From the NCBI GenBank assembly GCA_035627655.1, contig DASPLI010000001.1:464217-521508 (forward strand): DNA of 57,292 nucleotides, in the 5' to 3' direction. Within the stretch, counting starts at the first letter, position 1. The number at the start of each line of letters is the position of its first letter. Below are positions 46,687 through 56,086 of this stretch, one piece after another. Made by a program: the position numbers and the translations under genes. The DNA is from Minisyncoccota bacterium (GTDB lineage: Bacteria; Patescibacteriota; Minisyncoccia; Phycocordibacterales; Phycocordibacteraceae). Under the pieces are notes generated by a model, which saw only the letters and a program-made list of their open reading frames with translations, was not told where the DNA came from and ran no database searches.

Positions 46687-47343
46687 TCATTTTTTAAGTT
46701 GGAGCGCCTCAAGAATATGTTCGGCATCTGCAACCAACCCAGCGCCAAGGCGTAGGAAGAGGTGTGCTCCGTAGCCGTGCTCATCACCGATGCGGTGCGG
46801 AACCATAAGTAGGTCTCGATTGTATTCATGGGTGAGTCGAGCGGTGACGAGTGTCCCAGAGCGTGGTCCAGCCTCGATAACGAGGACTGCGTGTGCAAGT
46901 CCAACCATAATGCGGTTGCGAGATGGGAATTCTTTGAGATACGGTCGGTGATCGGGCGGATTTTCAGATAGCAACAGACCGCCAGCTCCTAGAATTTCAA
47001 GAGCGAGTGACGCATTCGTGCGCGGGTAGAGTACCGCATCGCTAAGGCCCGAGCCTGGAACGGCAATGGTATGGAGTCCGGCCTTCAGTGCTGCCTGGTG
47101 CGCGCAAGCATCCGTGCCAAGCGCAAGTCCCGAGACGATAGAGATGGGGTGGCCAGCAAGGCCGGCGATAAGAGATTCGCACGCCGACTTCCCATACGGC
47201 GAGAGCGCGCGGGAACCAACAACTGCGAGTAATTTTGTTTCTTCTGTCGGCCATGCGCCGCGGATCCAGAGGCGTTCTGGTGGCTGCGGTATTTGTAATA
47301 ACTGTGCGGGATACTCCGATTTCGGGAGTTCGCGTATCTCCAT
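46687..47343 (-). CDS. dprA: DNA-processing protein DprA (Rossmann domain only)
   Basis: AVVGSR, IVSGLALGTD, FPSRNRIM, EAGPRSGTL. Confidence 0.93.
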   Translation of the reverse strand: MEIRELPKSEYPAQLLQIPQPPERLWIRGAWPTEETKLLAVVGSRALSPYGKSACESLIAGLAGHPISIVSGLALGTDACAHQAALKAGLHTIAVPGSGLSDAVLYPRTNASLALEILGAGGLLLSENPPDHRPYLKEFPSRNRIMVGLAHAVLVIEAGPRSGTLVTARLTHEYNRDLLMVPHRIGDEHGYGAHLFLRLGAGLVADAEHILEALQLKK

Positions 47344-47399
47344 GCACGTAAGTATGCAATAGAAAAAGCGCGCGGAAGGAGTTATCCGCGCGCTTGTGA

Positions 47400-48146
47400 T
47401 TAGTCGAGAAAGTATCCAACAACAACCGTGGCATCGTCTTTGCGCATACGAAGCCGGTGGAAATCCGCCTTCAATATGTCGCCGGCGTGCATTTGCTCCT
47501 CGATGCAGGCCAGCCAGGCCATGTTCATGTATTCCGGCTGACTCATCGAGAAGAAACCGTCTGAACCGAGAATGACGAATCCAAGCGCTTCAACTTCTGT
47601 TGAAAGAAGCGCAGGCGTTTGAATCGTCTGATCGCGAAAGACGTGATCGCCCAGTGTACGCGACAATGACAGCTCGTTACCGCCAGGGATATGCAGTCGC
47701 CCCAGCTTTACGTTGGCACCTGCGTCTTTGAGTCGCTGGTGTTCAGCGTCGTTGCCAGAGATATCATGCGGACGCAGCCATTGAAATCGCATCGTCTCTC
47801 CGCCGATTCGTCCGGCACATGCAAACGTGTCACCGAGTGTTGCAAGTGCCACACATCCGTTTTGCCGAAGGTAGGCAAGCGAGATGGATGCGCCATCGTG
47901 ATAGCCCCACGTATCGCCGAGCAAGTCGTGGATGATTTCCTTAAGCGTGAGCTCTGGATCTCCCCACGACGCTGCTTCGAACTTTTGTGGCAGTACTTGC
48001 ATGCAGCGGATAATCGTATCGTCAGACTCGCCGTGACCGTCGATAACTGCGATAGCAATGCCGTCTGTCACATTCTGCACAATATGTCGGTCTTGGTGCC
48101 GCCAATGCCCTGAAGGGCGTTCAGCAGCGGTAACCTTCCATTTCAT
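47400..48146 (-). CDS. PP2C/PPM-family protein phosphatase
   Basis: HQDR, IDGHG, LGDT, LSRTLGD, GSDG, DDAT; AGGAGG SD before ATG 48146. Confidence 0.88.
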   Translation of the reverse strand: MKWKVTAAERPSGHWRHQDRHIVQNVTDGIAIAVIDGHGESDDTIIRCMQVLPQKFEAASWGDPELTLKEIIHDLLGDTWGYHDGASISLAYLRQNGCVALATLGDTFACAGRIGGETMRFQWLRPHDISGNDAEHQRLKDAGANVKLGRLHIPGGNELSLSRTLGDHVFRDQTIQTPALLSTEVEALGFVILGSDGFFSMSQPEYMNMAWLACIEEQMHAGDILKADFHRLRMRKDDATVVVGYFLD

Positions 48147-48228
48147 AAGAACCTCCTGATTTCCGATTCGGACTATACCACGCACCCTGCTTCCGTGAAG
48201 GGAAGATATGGCGTACAATCGGCCCATC

Positions 48229-49497
48229 ATGCTCGATATTCACTTTATCCGCGAGAACGCCGATCTTATTAAGGAAGGCGCGCGCAAAAAGGCAATCGAC
48301 GTCGATATCGACCGACTCGTCGCACTTGATGAGGAGCGCCGTCGGATTGGGCAAGCCCTCGACGAACGACGTGCGGAGCAAAACCGCGCTTCAAAGACGA
48401 TTGCGCTTGCGAAGGGCGACGAGAAAGAAAAGCTCCTGGAAGCCATGCGCCACCTGAAAAGCGGCATGCAGGAGCTTGAGACGCAGTATCAGACGGTCAT
48501 GGAGGAATGGCAGCGCTTGATGCTTGCTGTTCCGAACATTCCGGATATTTCTGTTCCGGAAGGTGGGAGTGATGCGGAGAACGTTGAAGTAAAGGTGTGG
48601 GGCGATAAGCCGCAGTTCTCGTTTGCGCCGAAGGGGCATGTTGAGCTCATGAGCGCTCTTAGCATGGCTCACTTTGAACGGGGAACGAAGGTTGCGGGAT
48701 TCCGCGGCTACTTCCTTGAAGGAGACGGTGCGCTTCTCTCGTTTGCTATCTGGCGTTATGCGCAGGATTTCTTTCTGAAGAAGGAGCTCACGCCGCTTAT
48801 CGTTCCGTCTCTCGTTCGTCGCGAGGCATTTATGGGCACTGGCTATCTCCCGCAAAGCGAAGAAGATCTCTACAAGACGCAGGATAGCGAATATTTGGCA
48901 GGAACGGCCGAGGTGGCAACCATGGGCTACTACATGGACGAGGTGCTGGATATCAAAGATTTGCCGAAGAAGTTTCTTGCGTTCTCGCCGTGCTTCAGGC
49001 GCGAGGCAGGTGCGCACGGCAAGGATGTGCGCGGTCTCATTCGCGTCCATGAATTCTATAAGTGGGAGCAGGTCATCTTGTGCGAAGCGTCGCACGAGGA
49101 GTCGGTGCGCTGGCACGAGTGGCTCAACCGCAATACCGAGGAATTTATTGAGTCGCTCCAGATTCCGTATCATACGGTGGTCAACTGTGGTGGCGATCTC
49201 GGACTTGGTCAGGTGAAGAAATACGATATCGAGTTGTGGGTACCCAACGAAAATACCTATCGGGAAATCAGCTCCGCTTCTTACTTCCACGATTTCCAGA
49301 CTCGTCGCCTCAATATCCGCTACCGCAACGCTGAAGGGGAAATGCGGTTTGCGCACTCGTTGAACTCGACCGCCATCCCAACGCCGCGCATCTTGGTATC
49401 AATCGTTGAGAACTATCAGCAGGAGGATGGATCGGTGAAGATTCCGGACGTTCTTGTTCCCTATGTCGGCAAAGAAGTCATTCGACCTCGAGGCTAA
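48229..49497 (+). CDS. serS: Serine-tRNA ligase
   Basis: MLDI, PNIP, GTAEV, CFRREAG, EISSAS, LNSTAI. Confidence 0.97.
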   Translation: MLDIHFIRENADLIKEGARKKAIDVDIDRLVALDEERRRIGQALDERRAEQNRASKTIALAKGDEKEKLLEAMRHLKSGMQELETQYQTVMEEWQRLMLAVPNIPDISVPEGGSDAENVEVKVWGDKPQFSFAPKGHVELMSALSMAHFERGTKVAGFRGYFLEGDGALLSFAIWRYAQDFFLKKELTPLIVPSLVRREAFMGTGYLPQSEEDLYKTQDSEYLAGTAEVATMGYYMDEVLDIKDLPKKFLAFSPCFRREAGAHGKDVRGLIRVHEFYKWEQVILCEASHEESVRWHEWLNRNTEEFIESLQIPYHTVVNCGGDLGLGQVKKYDIELWVPNENTYREISSASYFHDFQTRRLNIRYRNAEGEMRFAHSLNSTAIPTPRILVSIVENYQQEDGSVKIPDVLVPYVGKEVIRPRG

Positions 49498-50359
49498 GCG
49501 CCCGACGAAGAAAAAGGTTGCCGTACGCCGCACAAAGCGCGCGGAGCCTGCGCCGCGTCGTAAAAAGTCGCTTCGCGAGCGGAGAGAAGAAGAGCGGACG
49601 CTACGGAATATTGGTCTTGGCGTTGCCGGGCTTCTTGTTGTTTGTGGACTGCTCTACCTGTTGTGGCGTCCGGAAATACGCATTACGCAGGTACATGCGG
49701 TGGGCGTAGAAGACGTTACGACCGTAGAGTCTCTAGCCAAGGAGGAGCTCCAAGGTGCGTACTATCACGTTATTCCGCGCGATTCGTTCTTCTTCTATCC
49801 AAAGCAGGCAATCGAGGCACAGATTCTTGCGGAATACCCGACTATTGCAGACGTGCGCCTTGCGCGCCAGGGCTTCAGCGCGCTCACCATTGAAGCGGTG
49901 GCGCGTGAACGCGCGTTCTTGTGGTGTGGTACGCCAGAAGAACGTTCATCGCTAACCTGTTTTGAAACCGACAAGGAGGGGCTCGTGTATGCGCCCTCAT
50001 ACGCGACATCTACAGAATTGCTTCGCGTCTATGCGGCGCTTGATGTAGCGTCCTCGACCGATCCGTATCCGATCCGCCACAAGATTATTGGCGCAGAGTC
50101 GATTCGAAACGTACTTCGATTTGCGGAAAACGTGCGCGCGCTTTCCGTGCCGGTACGCGCAATCTCGCTTCGAGGCGATGAAGCGGATCTGCATGTGGGC
50201 GAAGGTACACGCGTCACGTATGTAATTGGACATGAGCGTGAAGCGGCAGATAACGCTCGTGCCGCCTTCTCCAAGCTCAACTTGCTCGACGGCTCGATTG
50301 AATACGTGGATCTTCGGTTCCCAGGAAAAGTGTATATAAAGCGTTACGGGGAGGAATGA
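49463..50359 (+). CDS. FtsQ/DivIB-like protein
   Basis: Basic N-tail, single TM, POTRA-like region, C-terminal EYVDLRFPGKVY; start uncertain. Confidence 0.65.
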   Translation: MSAKKSFDLEAKRPTKKKVAVRRTKRAEPAPRRKKSLRERREEERTLRNIGLGVAGLLVVCGLLYLLWRPEIRITQVHAVGVEDVTTVESLAKEELQGAYYHVIPRDSFFFYPKQAIEAQILAEYPTIADVRLARQGFSALTIEAVARERAFLWCGTPEERSSLTCFETDKEGLVYAPSYATSTELLRVYAALDVASSTDPYPIRHKIIGAESIRNVLRFAENVRALSVPVRAISLRGDEADLHVGEGTRVTYVIGHEREAADNARAAFSKLNLLDGSIEYVDLRFPGKVYIKRYGEE

Positions 50360-51354
50360 TTTGGGACAAGAACAGCAAGCCGTTTTTTGCACTCGCGCCG
50401 ATGGCGGACGTGACCGATCCTGCCTACCGTAAACTCATTGCGGCGTCTTCAAAAGGACTCCCAACATCTATTCCGTACATTACCTGGACCGAGTTCGTAT
50501 CAGCTGACGGTTTGTATCACACGCGCGAGAAGAAGGGGATGCTAGACGCGGAGAATCCGCTCGTGCGGGATCTTCTCTATACCGAAGGGGAGCGTCCGGT
50601 TATTGCCCAATTCTTTACCTCTCGGCCGGAGATGATGGAGTACGCGGCAGCGCTTGCGGTTGAACTCGGGTTTGATGGTGTAGATATCAATATGGGCTGC
50701 CCGGACCGCTCCATTGAAAAGCAGGGAGCCGGTGCAGCGCATATCAAGGACCCGCAAACTGCGAAGCGTGTTATTGAAGCAGCGCTTCAAGGTACGGGTG
50801 GAAAGATTCCAGTCTCAGTCAAAACCCGGCTGGGGTTCAATACGATCGAATACGATACCTGGCTTCCGCATCTGCTTGAAACCGGCATCAGCGCCCTCAC
50901 ACTCCATATGCGCACTCGCAAGGAGATGAGCAAGGTAGCCGCGCACTGGGAGCTTGGCGCTGAAATCGTTTCTTTCTGCAAGAAACACCGCCCGGATCTC
51001 CCGATTCTCGGAAACGGCGACTTGGTGAGTGTGCAAGATGCCGAGAGTCGGGTGCTCTCCCAGGGTTTTGATGGTGCGATGCTTGGGAGAGCGATATTCG
51101 GAAATCCGTGGCTCTTTTCCGGTCGAGATCTGGAGACTGTTACGCCAGCAGAGCGCATCGAAGCGCTGCTGACCCTGGCTCGTTCGTTTTCGACGCTTGC
51201 GCCTCAGAAGCACTTCTCGATTCTCAAGAAGCACTTCAAGGCGTTCATCTCGGGGTGGGATGGCGCGGCAGAGCTGCGTGCCCGGCTTATGGTTATCAAC
51301 AGCCTCGAGGAGCTCGAAACGGTACTCGGGGAGTACGATAGCGCTAACCAGTAA
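50356..51354 (+). CDS. dus: tRNA-dihydrouridine synthase
   Basis: LAPMADVTD, WTEFVS, DINMGCP, SVKTRLG, GNGD, MLGRA. Confidence 0.95.
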   Translation: MIWDKNSKPFFALAPMADVTDPAYRKLIAASSKGLPTSIPYITWTEFVSADGLYHTREKKGMLDAENPLVRDLLYTEGERPVIAQFFTSRPEMMEYAAALAVELGFDGVDINMGCPDRSIEKQGAGAAHIKDPQTAKRVIEAALQGTGGKIPVSVKTRLGFNTIEYDTWLPHLLETGISALTLHMRTRKEMSKVAAHWELGAEIVSFCKKHRPDLPILGNGDLVSVQDAESRVLSQGFDGAMLGRAIFGNPWLFSGRDLETVTPAERIEALLTLARSFSTLAPQKHFSILKKHFKAFISGWDGAAELRARLMVINSLEELETVLGEYDSANQ

Positions 51355-51372
51355 TGTAAGAAGGAGGTGCGG

Positions 51373-51576
51373 ATGCCTTTGCGCAAGCTGGAAGTACTTA
51401 CCCCTGAATCTGCTCACGCCTACGCTTTCGCTTGCGCCGCCCGTGCCCGGGCAGCCAAGACTCCGGAGGAGTTCGAGCGGCACTACCAAGAAGGCATTCG
51501 TGCCATGCGGGAGTTCCATCGGCTCCGGCGGGAGTTGGCAGAAGGAATAGGGGTCGCAAAGCGCGTCGGACTCTAA
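51373..51576 (+). CDS. Small hypothetical protein
   Basis: AAGGAGG SD before ATG 51373, helical 67 aa. Confidence 0.55.
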   Translation: MPLRKLEVLTPESAHAYAFACAARARAAKTPEEFERHYQEGIRAMREFHRLRRELAEGIGVAKRVGL

Positions 51577-51608
51577 CCCCGGCGCGCTTTCTTGTATACT
51601 GTCCCCAC

Positions 51609-52634
51609 ATGGCCCACCAATCTCTCTATCGTGCGTATCGTCCCCAGACCTTTGCGGAGGTGCTTGGTCAGGATCAGGTGCTTGGTCCGCTTTCCGAGCA
51701 GCTCCAAAGCGGCAAGGTTGCGCACGCCTATTTGTTTGCCGGGTCGCGAGGACTGGGGAAGACATCGGTCGCGCGGCTGTTTGCTAAAGAGCTTGGCACG
51801 AGCGAGAAGGATCTATATGAAATAGACGCTGCGTCCAATAACAGCGTTGAGGATATTCGCTCACTGACGGAAAACATCCATACGCTCCCGTTTGATTCCA
51901 AGTACAAGATCTACATTCTCGACGAAGCGCACATGCTCTCCAAGGGAGCATGGAATGCGTTTCTGAAGACGCTTGAGGAGCCGCCGGCATACGCTATTTT
52001 TATTCTCGCAACGACCGAACTTGAAAAAGTTCCGGAGACCGTACGCTCCCGCTGCCAGGTGTTTGAATTTCGCCGTCCGTCTCGCGAGGGGCTCGTAAAG
52101 CTCGTATCGACGGTTGCTGCCGCAGAGGGCTATACGCTTGAAGCGTCTGCCGCAGAGCTTGTGGCCATTCTTGCAGACGGATCCTACCGCGACGCTCTCT
52201 CCGTGCTTGAGAAAGTGTTTGCTGCAACGTCTGGCAAGAAGGTGACTCGCGAAGAAGCAGAGCGCGCAACGGGCGCGCCCAAGAGCGAGATTGTCTTCTC
52301 GCTCGTGTCTGCGCTTCACGAGGGGAATACCGGCGCAGCGCTTATGGCTATCTCCAAGGCGGAGAGGGAGGACGTTGATATGGCGCTCTATACCATGCTC
52401 GTGCTTGAGCAGGTACGCACCGTTTTACTCCTTCGGCATGCGCCGGAGCTTCGTGCATCCCTCAAACAGGAACTGGGAGAAGACCACGGAACGCTTGAAG
52501 AGATTGCTTTGGGAACAGATTCAAGACTCTCGCATAAAACACTCAAATCCCTTCTTGATGCAGCAGCGCAGATTCGTTACGCTCCGGTTCCTGCGCTTGC
52601 GCTTGAGCTTGCTGTGATGGAGCTCGCTGCATGA
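51609..52634 (+). CDS. dnaX: DNA polymerase III subunit gamma/tau (short)
   Basis: LYRAYRPQTF, GSRGLGKTS, DEAHML, FLKTLEEPP, SRC. Confidence 0.96.
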   Translation: MAHQSLYRAYRPQTFAEVLGQDQVLGPLSEQLQSGKVAHAYLFAGSRGLGKTSVARLFAKELGTSEKDLYEIDAASNNSVEDIRSLTENIHTLPFDSKYKIYILDEAHMLSKGAWNAFLKTLEEPPAYAIFILATTELEKVPETVRSRCQVFEFRRPSREGLVKLVSTVAAAEGYTLEASAAELVAILADGSYRDALSVLEKVFAATSGKKVTREEAERATGAPKSEIVFSLVSALHEGNTGAALMAISKAEREDVDMALYTMLVLEQVRTVLLLRHAPELRASLKQELGEDHGTLEEIALGTDSRLSHKTLKSLLDAAAQIRYAPVPALALELAVMELAA

Positions 52635-53524
52635 AGGCAACAGCAGGCATACAGCTGATCCTCTCATTTGTTGCAGTCGCAATCGCTGGCTATACGCTCT
52701 ATACGGTCGGCGGTCAGTACTTTGCACCTCCGTGTGAAGAACCGCTTTCATACTACGTTGCCGCGGTAGATCCACGCTTTGGCGTGTCGCCGCTTGAGGT
52801 AGAGGATGCGCTCAATGACGCTGCGGCGCTCTGGAATGAGGCGGCGGGAAAGACGATTCTTGTGCCAGGAGACGAAGTATCGGTTTCCCTGGTGTATAGC
52901 GAGGTACAGGAGACAGTGGAGCTTGGCGAGGTGATAGACGCAGAGCAAGCTTCCTATGACGCGAAGCGGGCGGAAGTGGAGGCGCTTCGAGATCGATTTC
53001 AAGATGCGCGAGAAACCTATGAGGCAAACCTTGCTGCCTTTGAGCGCGATGTGGATGCGTATGAGCGGCAGGTGGCCTCCTGGAACGCGCAGGGCGGCGC
53101 TCCGCCGGGCGTGTACGCCTCGCTGCAGGAAGAAGAGCGCGAACTAAGTAGGCGACAAGAGGAGCTAAACAGCGAAGTGGCAGATCTCAATGCGCTTGGC
53201 GGGACGATTAATGAGGCGGTACGGGATCTCAATGTACTTGCTCGCAAGCTCAACGCGCGCGTCGATCGATATAACGAACATGCTGGCGAAGATTTCGAGC
53301 AGGGAAATTATGTAGAAGACGCGGAGGGGAAGCGGATTTCAGTCTATGAGTTTGAGAATGGTACCGAATTCCGACGGGTGCTTGCGCACGAGCTTGGGCA
53401 TGCGCTGGGGATGGAGCATATTGAGAACCCGGAATCCATCATGTATTCGTATAACATCGGCACTTCGCTTGCCCTTACGCCAGAAGATATCGGAGAGCTT
53501 AAAGACGTCTGCCGGCTTGAATAG
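52631..53524 (+). CDS. Matrixin (M10) zinc metalloprotease with coiled-coil insertion
   Basis: HELGHALGMEH, SIMY Met-turn, N-terminal TM. Confidence 0.85.
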   Translation: MKATAGIQLILSFVAVAIAGYTLYTVGGQYFAPPCEEPLSYYVAAVDPRFGVSPLEVEDALNDAAALWNEAAGKTILVPGDEVSVSLVYSEVQETVELGEVIDAEQASYDAKRAEVEALRDRFQDARETYEANLAAFERDVDAYERQVASWNAQGGAPPGVYASLQEEERELSRRQEELNSEVADLNALGGTINEAVRDLNVLARKLNARVDRYNEHAGEDFEQGNYVEDAEGKRISVYEFENGTEFRRVLAHELGHALGMEHIENPESIMYSYNIGTSLALTPEDIGELKDVCRLE

Positions 53525-53553
53525 GAACTGAAGCTCGTGCAGGATGTAGGTAT

Positions 53554-53627
53554 TGGGGGATCGTCTAATGGTAGGACAGGGGCCTTTGAAGCCCTTAATC
53601 TAGGTTCGAATCCTAGTCCCCCAGCCA
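53554..53627 (+). tRNA. tRNA-Gln (TTG)
   Basis: TGGGGGA/TCCCCCA acceptor, anticodon TTG, encoded CCA. Confidence 0.96.
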
Positions 53628-53726
53628 ACTCGTGCTAGGTTATCGCGCACGAGACGCGTAGATAGCCGTTAGGGTCTGTATGAAATATCGGCAAAACTTC
53701 AATGCCTTTGATATACTTCTCTAAAT

Positions 53727-54176
53727 ATGAACAGTAAACTAATAATAGGTGGAGCCATTGTTATTATTGCAGGGCTACTAATCTTAGGAAGATTTACTTC
53801 AAAAGAAGCGGCGGGCAACTGGGGAAATACTGATATTCAATGTCTAGCTCAAGGTCACCAAAACCTTGCCCAACATATTCACCCAAATCTGTTCATTACC
53901 GTTGACGGTCAACCAGAACCTCTTCCTTTAAATCTAGGTATTAATGAATCATGTATGGCGGAAGTTCATACTCATGAAGAAGAGAATAGAATTCATATAG
54001 AGTCAGTAACTCCTAAAACGTTTACACTCAATGATTTTTTTAGTGTTTGGGGTAAAGGAATTGAAAGGGAAGGATATACCCTTAATGTTCTATCAGATGG
54101 TGATACGGTAGAGGATCCAGCTAATCTTGAACTACGGGATGGTCAGCGTATTGAACTTAATTATTTGAAGAAATAA
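53727..54176 (+). CDS. Membrane-anchored His-rich putative metal-binding protein
   Basis: HIH...C..EVHTH...IHIE; AT-rich codons. Confidence 0.75.
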   Translation: MNSKLIIGGAIVIIAGLLILGRFTSKEAAGNWGNTDIQCLAQGHQNLAQHIHPNLFITVDGQPEPLPLNLGINESCMAEVHTHEEENRIHIESVTPKTFTLNDFFSVWGKGIEREGYTLNVLSDGDTVEDPANLELRDGQRIELNYLKK

Positions 54177-54256
54177 TAGCTAATAACTAGTTCCAACTTC
54201 GTTCCAAACGTACTCTCATTAGTGATTAGAAACAAGCAGTTTGATATGCTAGCCAA

Positions 54257-55696
54257 ATGGCTATAGCAAAGACCAATGTACTCCTAGAGGGTCCAATAAT
54301 GCGGTCGCTCGTAACGCTCGCTGTTCCTATAGTGCTCGCCAACATACTTCAGGCAGCCTATTCGCTCACAGATGCCTTCTGGGTGGGTCGCTTAGGCGGC
54401 GCTGCTGTCGCAGCTGTTTCCGTATCTTTTCCAGTGATGTTCCTCTCAATCGCGGTCGGAGCAGGTCTTGCTATCGCGGGTTCTACGCTCATAGCTCAAT
54501 ACTTCGGAGCCAAGAATCAGGACATGGTGAATCATGTCGCTTCTCAGACGCTTTTAATGATTGTGATCGCTTCGCTGGTCCTCGGTGCAATTGGATATGC
54601 AATTGCACCGGTCCTGCTCGGTCTTATGGGAGTGTCTCCTGATGTCTATTCAGCGGCGCTTGGATTCATGCGCATCTCTTTCATCGGACTCGTATTTAAC
54701 TTCACCTTCTTCATGTTCCAGTCGCTCATGAGAGGAGTGGGTGAGGCGAAGCTCCCTGTGTATATCGTCTTCGGTACCGTCCTTCTGAACTTCGTTCTCG
54801 ACCCTCTCTTTATCTTCGGCTGGGGACCTATTCCAGCCTTGGGTGTCACGGGCGCAGCGCTCGCGACGATCGGCACCCAGAGCGTCGCCACCATCATCGG
54901 ACTCGCTGTGCTCTTTAGCGGACGCTATGGCATCAGCCTATCCTGGAAGGGTTTCATCCCTGACTTCTCGTATATCAAGCGAGCATTCTTCTTAGGCTTT
55001 CCAGCCTCAATCGAGCAGTCAGCCCGTGCGCTTGGTCTAACCGTCATGACGTTCCTTATCGCGAGCTTCGGTACGCTCACGGTCGCAGCGTATGGCGTCG
55101 GCAGTAACGTACTCCAGGTGGCCATGATTCCTGCCATGGGTCTTTCTATGGCTATCTCTACGCTCGTAGGCCAGAACATTGGGGCGGGAAATGTAGAGCG
55201 CGCGGCACGTATCGGTAAGCTCGGAGCAGGGCTTTCGTTCCTGATCCTCACCGTTCTTGGAGGTATTGTTTTTCTTATTGCACCGTATCTCACCGCCTTC
55301 TTCGTCCCGAATGATCCTGCAGTGATTGCTGAAGGAGCGGTCTTCCTGCGTACTATGGCTCTCGCCTGGGGCTTTATGGGGGTGCAGTTCGCACTCACTG
55401 GCGTTCTGCGCGCTTCGGGAAATATGATCGTCACGATGGTGCTCACGCTCGTGTCCACGTGGGTCATTCAGTTTCCGCTGGCATATATTCTCTCCAAGCA
55501 CACGGACCTCGGCGCGCATGGTATCTGGTGGGCATTCCCAGTGACTAACATTCTTATTGCTCTCATTACCCTCGGCGTATACGCGAAGGGAGATTGGAAG
55601 AAGACGCACCTGACGGATCCCGAAGACATCCTCACTGAACGCGTATCAGAAGAGATTATGGAAGAGGAAGAGGCCCTTACCAGCCGCTGTCCTTAG
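54257..55696 (+). CDS. MATE family efflux transporter
   Basis: LAVP..LANILQ..Y.LTDAFWVG, LNFVLDPLFIFG, GQNIGAG; about 12 TM. Confidence 0.95.
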   Translation: MAIAKTNVLLEGPIMRSLVTLAVPIVLANILQAAYSLTDAFWVGRLGGAAVAAVSVSFPVMFLSIAVGAGLAIAGSTLIAQYFGAKNQDMVNHVASQTLLMIVIASLVLGAIGYAIAPVLLGLMGVSPDVYSAALGFMRISFIGLVFNFTFFMFQSLMRGVGEAKLPVYIVFGTVLLNFVLDPLFIFGWGPIPALGVTGAALATIGTQSVATIIGLAVLFSGRYGISLSWKGFIPDFSYIKRAFFLGFPASIEQSARALGLTVMTFLIASFGTLTVAAYGVGSNVLQVAMIPAMGLSMAISTLVGQNIGAGNVERAARIGKLGAGLSFLILTVLGGIVFLIAPYLTAFFVPNDPAVIAEGAVFLRTMALAWGFMGVQFALTGVLRASGNMIVTMVLTLVSTWVIQFPLAYILSKHTDLGAHGIWWAFPVTNILIALITLGVYAKGDWKKTHLTDPEDILTERVSEEIMEEEEALTSRCP

Positions 55697-55702
55697 CGGT
55701 GG

Positions 55703-55996
55703 CTATAAATACTCCTTCTCATAGCGGCGCATCGCGTTCTCGATGAGTTTTAAACCCTTGCCTCGCTCAGTCGACATATAGACGCCCTGGTCGTCCTTGA
55801 TGATCATTCCTTCCTCTATCAACTTCTTGAGCTTGAGGGTGAGCGTGCGCGTAGAAATGCCCTCCAAGGATCGTTCGAGTTCGCAGAAGCGCTTCGGTCC
55901 ATGGTTGAGGCGGTACACGATTAGTATGGTCCAGCTGTCTGATAGCAGTTGGGCCACTTTTGTAACTGGGCAGGTGATTTCACCGTCTCTTTTCAT
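55703..55996 (-). CDS. HxlR-family (YodB/HypR-like) winged-helix regulator
   Basis: CPV..VAQLLSDSWTILI, RFCELERSLEGISTRTLT; N-terminal Cys. Confidence 0.92.
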   Translation of the reverse strand: MKRDGEITCPVTKVAQLLSDSWTILIVYRLNHGPKRFCELERSLEGISTRTLTLKLKKLIEEGMIIKDDQGVYMSTERGKGLKLIENAMRRYEKEYL

Positions 55997-56023
55997 GATT
56001 CTGGTACTATAGCAGGTACTCGG

Positions 56024-56042
56024 TACTTTACAAAGTAAAGTA
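56024..56042. promoter_or_regulatory. Probable operator
   Basis: Perfect inverted repeat TACTTTAC-AAA-GTAAAGTA in the divergent intergenic region. Confidence 0.6.
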
Positions 56043-56086
56043 GCCTCAGGTATACTTATATTAATTAACTTTAAAAGCGAAACAAT

